Origin: an uncultured Muribaculaceae bacterium
GTDB lineage: Bacteria; Bacillota_I; Bacilli_A; RF39; UBA660
Assembly (NCBI GenBank): GCA_964371745.1
Contig: CAYJNS010000001.1
Location: 1 to 55,246, forward strand
Direction of reading: 5' to 3'
DNA length: 55,246 nucleotides
Made by a program: the position numbers and the translations under genes. Shown one piece after another: positions 29,735 through 38,622 of this stretch. The notes below the pieces were generated by a model, which was not told the DNA's origin, ran no database searches, and saw nothing but the letters and a program-made list of their open reading frames with translations. Within the stretch, counting starts at the first letter, position 1. Each line of letters opens with the position of its first letter.

Positions 29735-30381
29735 TAGGAAATGATTGGGATATAGTTTTAAAAGAAATTTTAGATAGTAAAGAATTTATTAAATTTTATA
29801 ATAAAATTATAAATCTATATAATGAAAAAACTATTTTTCCGCCCAAAAATCAAATATTTAGTTCCCTTATTTTAACGCCGTATAAGGATGTAAAAGTAGT
29901 GATAGTAGGTCAAGACCCTTACCATGGTTATAATGAGGCCCATGGGCTTTCATTTTCTGTAATAGATGGAGTAAAACTACCTCCTTCACTTAAAAACATA
30001 TATAAAGAGTTATATAATGACTTAAATATAGTTAAATCAACTGGTGATTTAACAAGCTGGGCTAAAGAGGGAGTATTATTACTTAATTCAGTTTTAACAG
30101 TAGAAAAAAATACTCCAGGAAGTCACAGGAATATGGGATGGGAAAAATTAACTGATTATATAATTGGAATGATTAACTTAAAAGATGACCCTGTAGTGTT
30201 TATTCTATGGGGGAACTACGCTAAAGAAAAGAAAAAATTAATAACTAATAAAAAACATTTAGTTTTAGAAAGTGTACATCCTTCACCTTTTTCAGCTCGT
30301 AATGGCTTTTTTGGAAGCAAACCTTTTTCAAAAACAAATATATTTTTAGAAGAAAATAATATTAAAACGATAAATTGGTAA
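29731..30381 (+). CDS. ung: Uracil-DNA glycosylase family 1
   Basis: VVIVGQDPYHG..EAHGLSFSV, GVLLLN..LTV, HPSPFSA. Confidence 0.95.
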   Translation: MIGNDWDIVLKEILDSKEFIKFYNKIINLYNEKTIFPPKNQIFSSLILTPYKDVKVVIVGQDPYHGYNEAHGLSFSVIDGVKLPPSLKNIYKELYNDLNIVKSTGDLTSWAKEGVLLLNSVLTVEKNTPGSHRNMGWEKLTDYIIGMINLKDDPVVFILWGNYAKEKKKLITNKKHLVLESVHPSPFSARNGFFGSKPFSKTNIFLEENNIKTINW

Positions 30382-30397
30382 TTTATCGTTTTATTTG
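30364..30397. terminator. Terminator hairpin between convergent ung and lemA
   Basis: aaaacgataaat-tggta-atttatcgtttt 12-bp perfect stem overlapping the ung stop, with a T-rich tail. Confidence 0.7.
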
Positions 30398-30436
30398 AAA
30401 ATTGTCCAATAGATAAAAACAATAAAAAAACAGTAA

Positions 30437-30973
30437 TTATAACTTAAAGTCATCAATTACTGCGTCTTGCATATTTTTATTATCAAAATAAGGTTTTATT
30501 TTAAACTTGTGATTATGAGCTACTATATTAGATGGAAACTTTCTAACAATTCCATTTAATTGAACAGTATATTTATTAAAAAAAGATTTTGCTCCATTTA
30601 ATTTTTCATCTATTTTATTTATTTCTTTTAATTTTTTTTCAAATTCATTTGTTTGTAACTTTTTATGATCTTCTTTAAGTTCCTTTATAATGTTAATAGC
30701 TTCAATTAACTTTCTATCAGTATCATAATTAGTTAATCTCTTATCTTTAAGTTCAATATATTCTTTTAAATAATCCTTATTTTTAGTGATTTTTTTAACA
30801 TCAATATTCATATCACATATTAAATCATACTTTTCTCTTAATGATTCATCAATAATGTTTTCTGATGCTTCAATTCTATTTCTATAGTATTGTAATTTAT
30901 TAAAGGTAATAACATATATAAGTAAAATAATACTTATAATAGTAATTCCTAATATTATTAACATAATTTCCAT
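30437..30973 (-). CDS. lemA: LemA family membrane protein
   Basis: N-terminal TM, then FNKLQYYRNRIE...ID..L..KYDLI and C-terminal FFNKYTVQLNGIVRKFPSNIVA....F....YF, colinear with the LemA pattern. Confidence 0.65.
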   Translation of the reverse strand: MEIMLIILGITIISIILLIYVITFNKLQYYRNRIEASENIIDESLREKYDLICDMNIDVKKITKNKDYLKEYIELKDKRLTNYDTDRKLIEAINIIKELKEDHKKLQTNEFEKKLKEINKIDEKLNGAKSFFNKYTVQLNGIVRKFPSNIVAHNHKFKIKPYFDNKNMQDAVIDDFKL

Positions 30974-31019
30974 AATAATTTATCCACTTCCTTTATTCTT
31001 ATGTAAGTATATCATATAC

Positions 31020-32615
31020 TTATTTTTTTTTCAAAAGCTTTCTAGCAAATTTACCACCAAATAAAGAATTTAATATATTTTTATTTAAAATAATATAAAT
31101 TCCAAGGGATATAACCGCAAATCCACCCAAGAAAACAAAATCAGCAATTCTGCCATATACATCTTTAGCTATAAAACTAAATATAATATTTATTGGAAGA
31201 ATAATTATTATATTTCTTATAATGCTTTTTAATATTTTTTTACTTTCATAGGATATTTTATCATCTTTTTTAAGTTTATACATTACATAAAGTGATGATG
31301 TAGTATATCCTATTAATGTAGCCGTTATAGCTCCATAATAAGGGTAACCAAAGTTTTCAAATAAAAGCATTAATGGTATATCTAAAGCAGCATTTAATCC
31401 AAGTCCTAACAGTATAGTTGTATATATTAGTTTGTTTTTATTCAAGTTTTGTAATATACAACCTAGTATTAAATACATACTATCAAAAAAGGCTAAGATA
31501 GCTAAATATCTAAATACTATGGGGCCAAAAAAGCTATTTCCATAAAATACATTCCACACATCATCTGCATGTATACTTAAAAATAATGATATTGGCATTA
31601 TAATATACAATAATACTTCGAAAGCTTTTCCATATTGTCTATTAACTTCTTCTTTTTCTTTTTTAGCAAATGCAGTAACCATAGATGGAATTAAACTTAT
31701 AACAAGTCCAGCACCAATTGAGGTAACAACTGTTATTAACTTAGCTCCCCATGTGGTAAATATACTGCTTATTTGTTCTATATCAGTAGCGGCATAACCT
31801 AAATGATCAAGTGTTCTAATTATTAAAATCATATCTACTGAGCTATATAAATAGAAAGCTAAATTAACAAGTATAAATGGAACTGCATAAGATATTAGTT
31901 TTTTTTGAATACTTTTCTTTTCTTTTTTAGAGATATTTATTTCTTCTTTATACTTTTCTATTTTTTTAGTTTTAAATAATAAATAGAAAAAACCTACTAA
32001 AGCTCCAGCTCCAGCTGCAATAACTGCAATACCAACAGCATATCTAAGTGGTAAATCAAATACATTCATTGCTAGATAACTACCAACTATAATAATAATT
32101 ATTCTAAATATTTGTTCTATAACTTGGCTAAATGATGATGCTGCAATATATTTATGACCTTGCAAATATCCTCTAAATATACTAAGTGTAGGTGCTATTA
32201 AAAGGGCAAAAGAAACACATCTGATAACAAATGTAACATCACTTATAGTGTTTCCGCCATTCATATCACCAAGAATAAGATTTGCAAAACTTTCAGCGCC
32301 AATAAAACATGTTAAAAATGTTATTATTGAAAATATAATAATAAATTTACCAGAAAATTTATACATATATTCTTTTTCTTTTAATTTATCTTTTGCTATA
32401 AATTCACTTGTTATTTTACTTACTGCAAAAGGAATTCCTGCTGCAGATATAATTAAAAATATATTATAAATATTATAAGCATAACCATATAAAGCTCCAC
32501 CTTCTTCTCCAATAATACTATAAAAAGGTACTACATATACTAATCCTAGTATTTTAGAAATAACAATAGCAAGTGTTGCAATAACTGCTCCATCTATAAG
32601 ACCACTTTTCTTCAA
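31020..32615 (-). CDS. MOP-superfamily flippase (MurJ/SpoVB/YtgP-like polysaccharide biosynthesis protein)
   Basis: About 14 TM segments; N-terminus KKSGLIDGAVIATLAIVISKILGLVYVVPF...GALYGYAYNIY. The track start at 32669 would place a TTGTTA-18-TATAAT promoter inside the ORF, so TTG 32615 is preferred. Confidence 0.75.
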   Translation of the reverse strand: MKKSGLIDGAVIATLAIVISKILGLVYVVPFYSIIGEEGGALYGYAYNIYNIFLIISAAGIPFAVSKITSEFIAKDKLKEKEYMYKFSGKFIIIFSIITFLTCFIGAESFANLILGDMNGGNTISDVTFVIRCVSFALLIAPTLSIFRGYLQGHKYIAASSFSQVIEQIFRIIIIIVGSYLAMNVFDLPLRYAVGIAVIAAGAGALVGFFYLLFKTKKIEKYKEEINISKKEKKSIQKKLISYAVPFILVNLAFYLYSSVDMILIIRTLDHLGYAATDIEQISSIFTTWGAKLITVVTSIGAGLVISLIPSMVTAFAKKEKEEVNRQYGKAFEVLLYIIMPISLFLSIHADDVWNVFYGNSFFGPIVFRYLAILAFFDSMYLILGCILQNLNKNKLIYTTILLGLGLNAALDIPLMLLFENFGYPYYGAITATLIGYTTSSLYVMYKLKKDDKISYESKKILKSIIRNIIIILPINIIFSFIAKDVYGRIADFVFLGGFAVISLGIYIILNKNILNSLFGGKFARKLLKKK

Positions 32616-32639
32616 AATAATCAACTCTCTTACTTTTAT

Positions 32640-32669
32640 ATTATATAATAAATAAGTGTCAAATAACAA
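32640..32669 (-). promoter_or_regulatory. Candidate promoter of the flippase gene (TTGTTA-18-TATAAT)
   Basis: Read on the minus strand. AGAGAG RBS-like element and TTG 32615 follow. Confidence 0.45.
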
Positions 32670-32725
32670 GTTTATTACTTGTATTTAATAAAAAAATTAT
32701 GTAATATTAAATCAGGTGATATAAA

Positions 32726-33226
32726 ATGGAAATAATAAATTTAAGAGTAGGATTACTTGATACTAATTGCTATATATTAGTTAAAGGAAACAAAGCACTA
32801 GTAATTGATCCAGGAGCTAATAAAAAATTAATACTAGAAACAATTAAAGATTTAGAGGTAGTAGGAATACTTCTTACACATAATCATTATGATCATACAG
32901 GTGCACTTAAACCCCTTTTAAAAAAATATAACTTAGAAGTTAATAAACCAGTAGATAATACATTTACCTTTGATATACTTAGTAATCCAGGTCATACCGA
33001 AGATTCAAGTACTTTTTACTTTAAGGAAGAAAAAGCAATGTTTACAGGAGATTTTATATTTCATGGTGCAATAGGAAGAACAGATCTTCCGGGAGGAAGT
33101 TTTAAAAAAATGCATGAAAGTTTAAAAAACTTCTTGCAATATCCAGATGAAATTACTATATATCCAGGTCATGGTATTTCATCTGTTCTAGGTATAGAAA
33201 AAGAAAATTACAGAAAATATCTGTAA
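32726..33226 (+). CDS. MBL-fold hydrolase (hydroxyacylglutathione hydrolase-like)
   Basis: TNCYIL, LTHNHYDHTG, GHT.DS, and TGDFIF.G.IGRTDLPGG. Confidence 0.85.
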   Translation: MEIINLRVGLLDTNCYILVKGNKALVIDPGANKKLILETIKDLEVVGILLTHNHYDHTGALKPLLKKYNLEVNKPVDNTFTFDILSNPGHTEDSSTFYFKEEKAMFTGDFIFHGAIGRTDLPGGSFKKMHESLKNFLQYPDEITIYPGHGISSVLGIEKENYRKYL

Positions 33227-33244
33227 TTCTTTTAATTTATATAA

Positions 33245-34840
33245 TTAGTTTATTGTATATGGATCATCCCAAGTTCCAGTGCCTGTGAATGCAGTTGTGT
33301 TTTTTAATGATAAAACTGGTCGTACTCCATAAGGAAAGTAATTAGAAGTGGCAGTTATTTGACCGCTTGTTTGTATAAAAAACGTAGTACTAGAACTTAC
33401 ATAAGAATAAGGGGAAATTGTCCAAAATGCATTTCCAGTATATAAATAATATTTTGTATTTGATGTATTAAATAAACCTCCAGCAAAAGCAACTTCATCT
33501 ACTGTTGTTAGTGTAACTGGATTAGTTAAAACGCCATTACCGTGTATTATATCATCAACAGTATATGAATCAATAATTCTTGAACACGTTAGCATTGGAG
33601 TTTTATTTTCTGTATTGAGTCTACCATATGCACCATAATATATATGTGATCCTGTTGTGCTATATACTGATTTATCGTTACAATATATTGTATCAGCAAC
33701 ATCATTTGATTTACCAGCGGCAATAATATTTGTGTTATACCAAGTATCAATGACATTTTTTATGGTGCTATTTATATTTTCTGCATCATATGTGTAACCT
33801 ACATATTTTGCATTGTTGTATATTGTATTAAATGCTGTTGAAGAGTGTATTTGCGTTCCAGCTCCTGCCATTACTGTTTTTGTTGTATTATTTGGTTCTG
33901 TCGTTCCACTATATATTAGTCTTACGCTTCCATCACCATTTATTCTGATAATTCTCCAATAAAATCCTGCCCAATAAACCCAGTTATTATCAACTGCTCC
34001 TCGAAAATAAAAACTTTTACCGTAATTATCAAAACTCATATACATGCCTTCATTTGTTGTTGCCACAGCATTAAAATTAGGTGTAGCTTTATTTATTATT
34101 TTATAAAACCCTTCATTATTATCTATTATTTGATCAGCTAATGAATTTTCAGCATATACGTAATTAATAGTTGATACTAATTTATCTTGACCTAATACTA
34201 ATGATGCATCTAATGTTTTCCCTTCATTTAATGTTTGATCATTTGGTAAATTTACAAATGTTATTTTAACTTTCCAATCTTGAGTAGTACCTGTTGAAGT
34301 ACTTGTTGTTGTTATATTATAATCTTCATATATTGGTATTATGCCATTAAAGTTAGTAATATCAAAACCAGTAATTTTAGAACCTGAATAAGAATCTGTT
34401 ATAGTGGTATATTCAAAACCTTTAAGGGCTGTTATTTCTTTTGCGCTAGGATTTGTTATAGTAAGCATTAACTCTGGGGTATCTTCATTTTGTGAATACT
34501 CAAATGTATTTGAATCTATTTGTAAATATACATTATAATCAAGTGTGGCACTACCTGTTTCGCTAGAGGCTACTAAGTGTGCTGTGGATGTTGTTTCATC
34601 GCTTAATGAACCAGTATTTTCGTTAAAATTATCATATATTGCATAAAGATTAATTGGATCACCTTCAGTAAAAGTAGCATTTTCAGATACTTCTGAAACT
34701 ATATCTAAATCAGTATTAGAAAAACCTCCAATACCCGCGAGGAAGAAGGCATAACCAACTCCAATTATAAGTGTAAGTGATAGTACTACACCAATTATAA
34801 TTATTAAAACTTTATGTTTAGATTCTTTTATTGTATTCAT
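33245..34840 (-). CDS. Family-A anchored protein, copy A2: N-module + DUF6273-like head
   Basis: TM helix ending GYAFF. N-module has TPELMLTITNP, ITGFDITNF, TQDWKVKITFVNLPNDQ. The head has NNWVYWAGFYWRIIRINGDGSVRLIYSG and GVRPVLSLK..GTGTWDDPYTI. Confidence 0.75.
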   Translation of the reverse strand: MNTIKESKHKVLIIIIGVVLSLTLIIGVGYAFFLAGIGGFSNTDLDIVSEVSENATFTEGDPINLYAIYDNFNENTGSLSDETTSTAHLVASSETGSATLDYNVYLQIDSNTFEYSQNEDTPELMLTITNPSAKEITALKGFEYTTITDSYSGSKITGFDITNFNGIIPIYEDYNITTTSTSTGTTQDWKVKITFVNLPNDQTLNEGKTLDASLVLGQDKLVSTINYVYAENSLADQIIDNNEGFYKIINKATPNFNAVATTNEGMYMSFDNYGKSFYFRGAVDNNWVYWAGFYWRIIRINGDGSVRLIYSGTTEPNNTTKTVMAGAGTQIHSSTAFNTIYNNAKYVGYTYDAENINSTIKNVIDTWYNTNIIAAGKSNDVADTIYCNDKSVYSTTGSHIYYGAYGRLNTENKTPMLTCSRIIDSYTVDDIIHGNGVLTNPVTLTTVDEVAFAGGLFNTSNTKYYLYTGNAFWTISPYSYVSSSTTFFIQTSGQITATSNYFPYGVRPVLSLKNTTAFTGTGTWDDPYTIN

Positions 34841-34854
34841 TTCTTACCTTCTTT

Positions 34855-36483
34855 CTAATTAGTGTGTACAAAATATGGATTATTCCATGTACCATTTCCA
34901 CTTGTAAGTGTATCACCTTTTAAATTTATTACTGGTCTTAATCCTTGTTCTACATAAGCTCCTCCGGAATACATTAAATAATGAGTCATCATATCAAGTG
35001 CTGAAGCACTCCAGTCTCCGTTCCCCACTATGTAATAAGTGTAATTTGATGAACTAGTTCCATTTCGAAGCATAGGAGTTATTGTGAAATAATTTAAATT
35101 TGTATGTAAATAAAATTTATTATTAGTTGTAGAAAGTTTACCTCCGGCCATATGCATTTCGTCATAACTTATCATTCCTATAGGATATGTTAGAGTTCCA
35201 GTTCCGTTAATTGTATCGTTTACTGTTAATTTACCAGTTTCATTTTCACAAGTTAATATTGGTTGGTTAGTGTACATTCTATCAACAGCAATTCTTTCTA
35301 AAACCCACCCTGAATTATTGTCGTTTACCGCAGGTCTATTATCTAAACAGAATATTGAATCTTGTAAATAGTTTTCATAATCTATTAATTTTGTATCCCA
35401 ACTCGCATAAGTATCAATTCCTTGATAAAAATTATCGTTAACTACGCTTGTAAAATCAGCTTTTGTACTAACATAAACTCCAAAATCAGTTGAAGCAGTT
35501 CCTATTTGTGTATCGTTTCCTGTTTTAACAACGGATTGAGATTCAGTTGGAGGTATAACTCCGCTATAAATCATTCTAACTGAGTTATCACCATTAACTC
35601 TTATTATTCTCCAGTAGTATCCAGCAAACTCTACCCAGTTATTATCAACCGCACCTCTAAAGTAATAACTTGTTCCGTAATCATCAGGTGCCGCAAACAT
35701 ACCTTCATTTGTAGTGGCTACTACAGCAAAATTAGGAGTGGCTTTTGCTACAATTTCATCTATTCCCCCATTATTAGTAAGAATAGTAGATGCTATTTGA
35801 GAAGTAGTTAAACCTAAGTCTAGTTTATCTTCTCCTAATATTAAGTTTGCTTCAATTGTTTTGCCTTGATTATCTATTTGATTTGCATCTAAATTAACAA
35901 ATGTTAATTTTATAGTCCACTCTTGAGTAGTACCAGTAGTAGTGCTTGTTGTAGATATATTATAATCTTCTTTTACTGCGATAAGTCCAGAAAAGTTAGT
36001 TATATCAAAACCTGTTATAGTTTCTCCAGTATAAGCATCAGTTACAGTTTTATGAGTATGTTCTCTTATCCATGTAACTTCATTACCATCTGGATCTATT
36101 ACTGTAAGAAGAAGTTCTGGTGTATCTTCGTTTTGTGTATATTCAAAAGTATTTGCAGTTATATCTACATAGACCTGATAATCAAGTGTAGCTGTTCCTG
36201 TATCAGTAGACGCTATTAAGTAAGCGCTTGAAATAGTTTCTTCAGTAATAGACCCTGCATATTCATGAAAATTTTCATTATCAGCATATAAAGAAATAGG
36301 GTCTCCACTTTTAAATGATGCTTTTTCAGCAACTTTAGAAACAACTTCTAAATCAGTGTTAGAAAAAGGTCCAATACCTTGAACAAAGAAAGCATAACCT
36401 ATGCCAAATAACAGAGCAACCGCTAAAAAGATACTTACAGTTATTATTAATATTTTATTTTTAGAATTTATTAAGTTTTTCAA
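34855..36483 (-). CDS. Family-A anchored protein, copy A3: N-module + DUF6273-like head
   Basis: Same architecture as A2 (YYWRIIRVNGDNSVRMIYSG; GLRPVINLK..GNGTWNNPY). TTG 36483 with AGGTGA 7 nt upstream is preferred over the track TTG 36531. Lies 14 nt upstream of A2. Confidence 0.75.
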   Translation of the reverse strand: MKNLINSKNKILIITVSIFLAVALLFGIGYAFFVQGIGPFSNTDLEVVSKVAEKASFKSGDPISLYADNENFHEYAGSITEETISSAYLIASTDTGTATLDYQVYVDITANTFEYTQNEDTPELLLTVIDPDGNEVTWIREHTHKTVTDAYTGETITGFDITNFSGLIAVKEDYNISTTSTTTGTTQEWTIKLTFVNLDANQIDNQGKTIEANLILGEDKLDLGLTTSQIASTILTNNGGIDEIVAKATPNFAVVATTNEGMFAAPDDYGTSYYFRGAVDNNWVEFAGYYWRIIRVNGDNSVRMIYSGVIPPTESQSVVKTGNDTQIGTASTDFGVYVSTKADFTSVVNDNFYQGIDTYASWDTKLIDYENYLQDSIFCLDNRPAVNDNNSGWVLERIAVDRMYTNQPILTCENETGKLTVNDTINGTGTLTYPIGMISYDEMHMAGGKLSTTNNKFYLHTNLNYFTITPMLRNGTSSSNYTYYIVGNGDWSASALDMMTHYLMYSGGAYVEQGLRPVINLKGDTLTSGNGTWNNPYFVHTN

Positions 36484-36538
36484 AATATTCTCACCTAGTA
36501 TAAGTTTATCAATTTTTACAACTTTTTTCAATAAATAA

Positions 36539-36567
36539 TTGATAAAAATGTTTTTTTTTGTTAAACT
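36539..36567 (+). promoter_or_regulatory. Candidate promoter of the A4-A7 operon (TTGATA-17-TAAACT) with a T9 tract in the spacer
   Basis: TTGATA at 36539-36544; a 17-nt spacer containing T9 (36551-36559) and TG at the extended -10 position; TAAACT at 36562-36567; AAGAGGA RBS before ATG 36589. Confidence 0.45.
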
Positions 36568-36588
36568 ATTTATAAGAGGATAAAAGTT

Positions 36589-38610
36589 ATGTTAGAAAAA
36601 TTTAAAGCAAATAAAAAAAGAAATATTCTTTTAATAATTATATTTTTGTTAATAGTTACATTATCAATTACTTTTGCTTACTATATTACAGGTGTTGGAG
36701 GTAGAGCAGAAACTGAAATAAAAGGTGATACCTTTTTAGCGGAGCAACTAGAGTTTACTTCGGGAACTCCAATAAGTATTGTTTCAAGCGATGATAACTT
36801 TAATCCAACAACTGGTTCTTTATCAGGTACTACAACAGCAACTGTTACACTACATCCTGGTGATGATACTGCATTAATGTCTAGAGGTTATGCTGCATAC
36901 TTTGAAATAACTAATAATGAATATGTTTATACAACAGTTGAAGAAACTCCGGAAATGGTTTTAACAATACTTGATCCAGAGGGTAATGAAGTAACAGATA
37001 TTCCTGGTCTTGAGCATGTAAGTGTATTTGATTTTAAAACAAATACTAATATAACAGGCTTTGATATAACGACTGTTACTGGTAAATATTTTGTTGGTTA
37101 TGATATGTTAGTATTAAATGATTTAGAAAATAGTGTATCTGAAACTTGGGATATAACTATAACATTTGTTAATTTAGATTCAGTACAAAACTCTAATGCA
37201 CAAAGGACCCTTAATTCTAAATTTACGTTTAATGAATATTATGACTTTACTGGTAATTATCAAACATTTACAGCTCCATATACTGGAACTTATAACATTG
37301 AACTTTGGGGAGCTCAAGGTGGAAAACACTTATTTAATGCATTAGATGAAGCTGGATCTGATAACTTTTTTGGAGCATACACTAGTGGCAATATAAACTT
37401 GTTGAAAGGAGATACAGTATACTTGTATGTCGGAGGTAAGGGCGCTGATGCTGTTGTTGGACAGATGGTTTCGGGCGGATATAATGGTGGAGGTCAAGGT
37501 AGTCATGACTTTGGTGATGATGAAGCTGCTGGAGGTGGTGGAGGAGCTACTGATATACGATATTTTACTAATTCTAATCTAGAGTTAGAAGATTTATATT
37601 GGAATTCAGAATTAGGTTTAAATAGCAGAATAATGGTCGCTGCTGGAGCGGGAGGAAGCTCAAGGATACCCGCTAACTTTACTTCCTACGGTGGAGGACT
37701 ATTAGGATATTCTTCAACAGCAAATAAAACTTCACAAACAAACGGATATGAATTTGGTTTGGGACAAAATGCTACATCTGGATGCCCTGGTTCTCAAGGA
37801 TGTGGAGGCGGAGGCGGAGGCTATTATGGTGGATTTTTGACATCTTTATCATCATATAATGGTGGAGGAAGTGGTTCATCTTTCATATCAGGTCATACAG
37901 GATCAGTTGCTATAACAAGTGAAAGTGATCAAAGTGCTAAATCTATACTGCAAGATACAGAAAACTTTCCAGTTAGATATATAGAAGTTGGAAGCAATGG
38001 TAATAGTACAAATGGTTATGGAGGATATAATCAAATAGTTGAATTGCAAGCCTATTTATCAGATGGTACAAACGTTGCATTAAATAAGTCTGTAGAGGGA
38101 AACGTGATAAGCGTTAGTGGAGATAGTAAACCTTTAGAAATGATTACAAATGGCGATATAACTTTAAGCAATTTTTCAAGACATGGGCAGATAATAAATG
38201 TAGATTTGGAGGACGAATATCATCTTGATGAAATTAAGTTGTGGAGATATTTTGATGGAAGGACATATTATGAAACATATGTAAAAGTATATAATGAAGA
38301 TAAAACTAAAAGTAAGTTTTTACATCATTATGAAATAGATGGAACATATGCTGAAACAAGTGATGGTAAAAGTATGAGTTTAGATTCAATTAATACAAAT
38401 TTATGTGTTACGGGAAATATGCATAATGCATGTTCAGTACATTATTCTAATAAAGTATTTACAGATACTAAAATGATAGATGGATCAGGTTATTTGTGGA
38501 CACATACTAAAGAAAGTCAAGAAAATATGAAAACACCGCTAGGATCATATTATGATATAGGTGAGGGTCACAGTGGTAATGGAGCTGCTAAAATAACACA
38601 TATTCCATAG
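36589..38610 (+). CDS. Family-A anchored protein, copy A4: N-module + glycine-rich (ALK-GRD-like) head with discoidin-like insert
   Basis: TM helix ending TFAYY and N-module motifs. Then YTGTYNIELWGAQGG, VYLYVGGKG, GGYNGGG, GGGGGATDIR, SRIMVAAGAGG, GGGGGGYYGG, GGGSGSSFISGHTG, an insert of about 150 aa, then CSVHYSNKVF...GHSGNGAAKITHI. Confidence 0.75.
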   Translation: MLEKFKANKKRNILLIIIFLLIVTLSITFAYYITGVGGRAETEIKGDTFLAEQLEFTSGTPISIVSSDDNFNPTTGSLSGTTTATVTLHPGDDTALMSRGYAAYFEITNNEYVYTTVEETPEMVLTILDPEGNEVTDIPGLEHVSVFDFKTNTNITGFDITTVTGKYFVGYDMLVLNDLENSVSETWDITITFVNLDSVQNSNAQRTLNSKFTFNEYYDFTGNYQTFTAPYTGTYNIELWGAQGGKHLFNALDEAGSDNFFGAYTSGNINLLKGDTVYLYVGGKGADAVVGQMVSGGYNGGGQGSHDFGDDEAAGGGGGATDIRYFTNSNLELEDLYWNSELGLNSRIMVAAGAGGSSRIPANFTSYGGGLLGYSSTANKTSQTNGYEFGLGQNATSGCPGSQGCGGGGGGYYGGFLTSLSSYNGGGSGSSFISGHTGSVAITSESDQSAKSILQDTENFPVRYIEVGSNGNSTNGYGGYNQIVELQAYLSDGTNVALNKSVEGNVISVSGDSKPLEMITNGDITLSNFSRHGQIINVDLEDEYHLDEIKLWRYFDGRTYYETYVKVYNEDKTKSKFLHHYEIDGTYAETSDGKSMSLDSINTNLCVTGNMHNACSVHYSNKVFTDTKMIDGSGYLWTHTKESQENMKTPLGSYYDIGEGHSGNGAAKITHIP

Positions 38611-38622
38611 GAAGGTTTTAAA

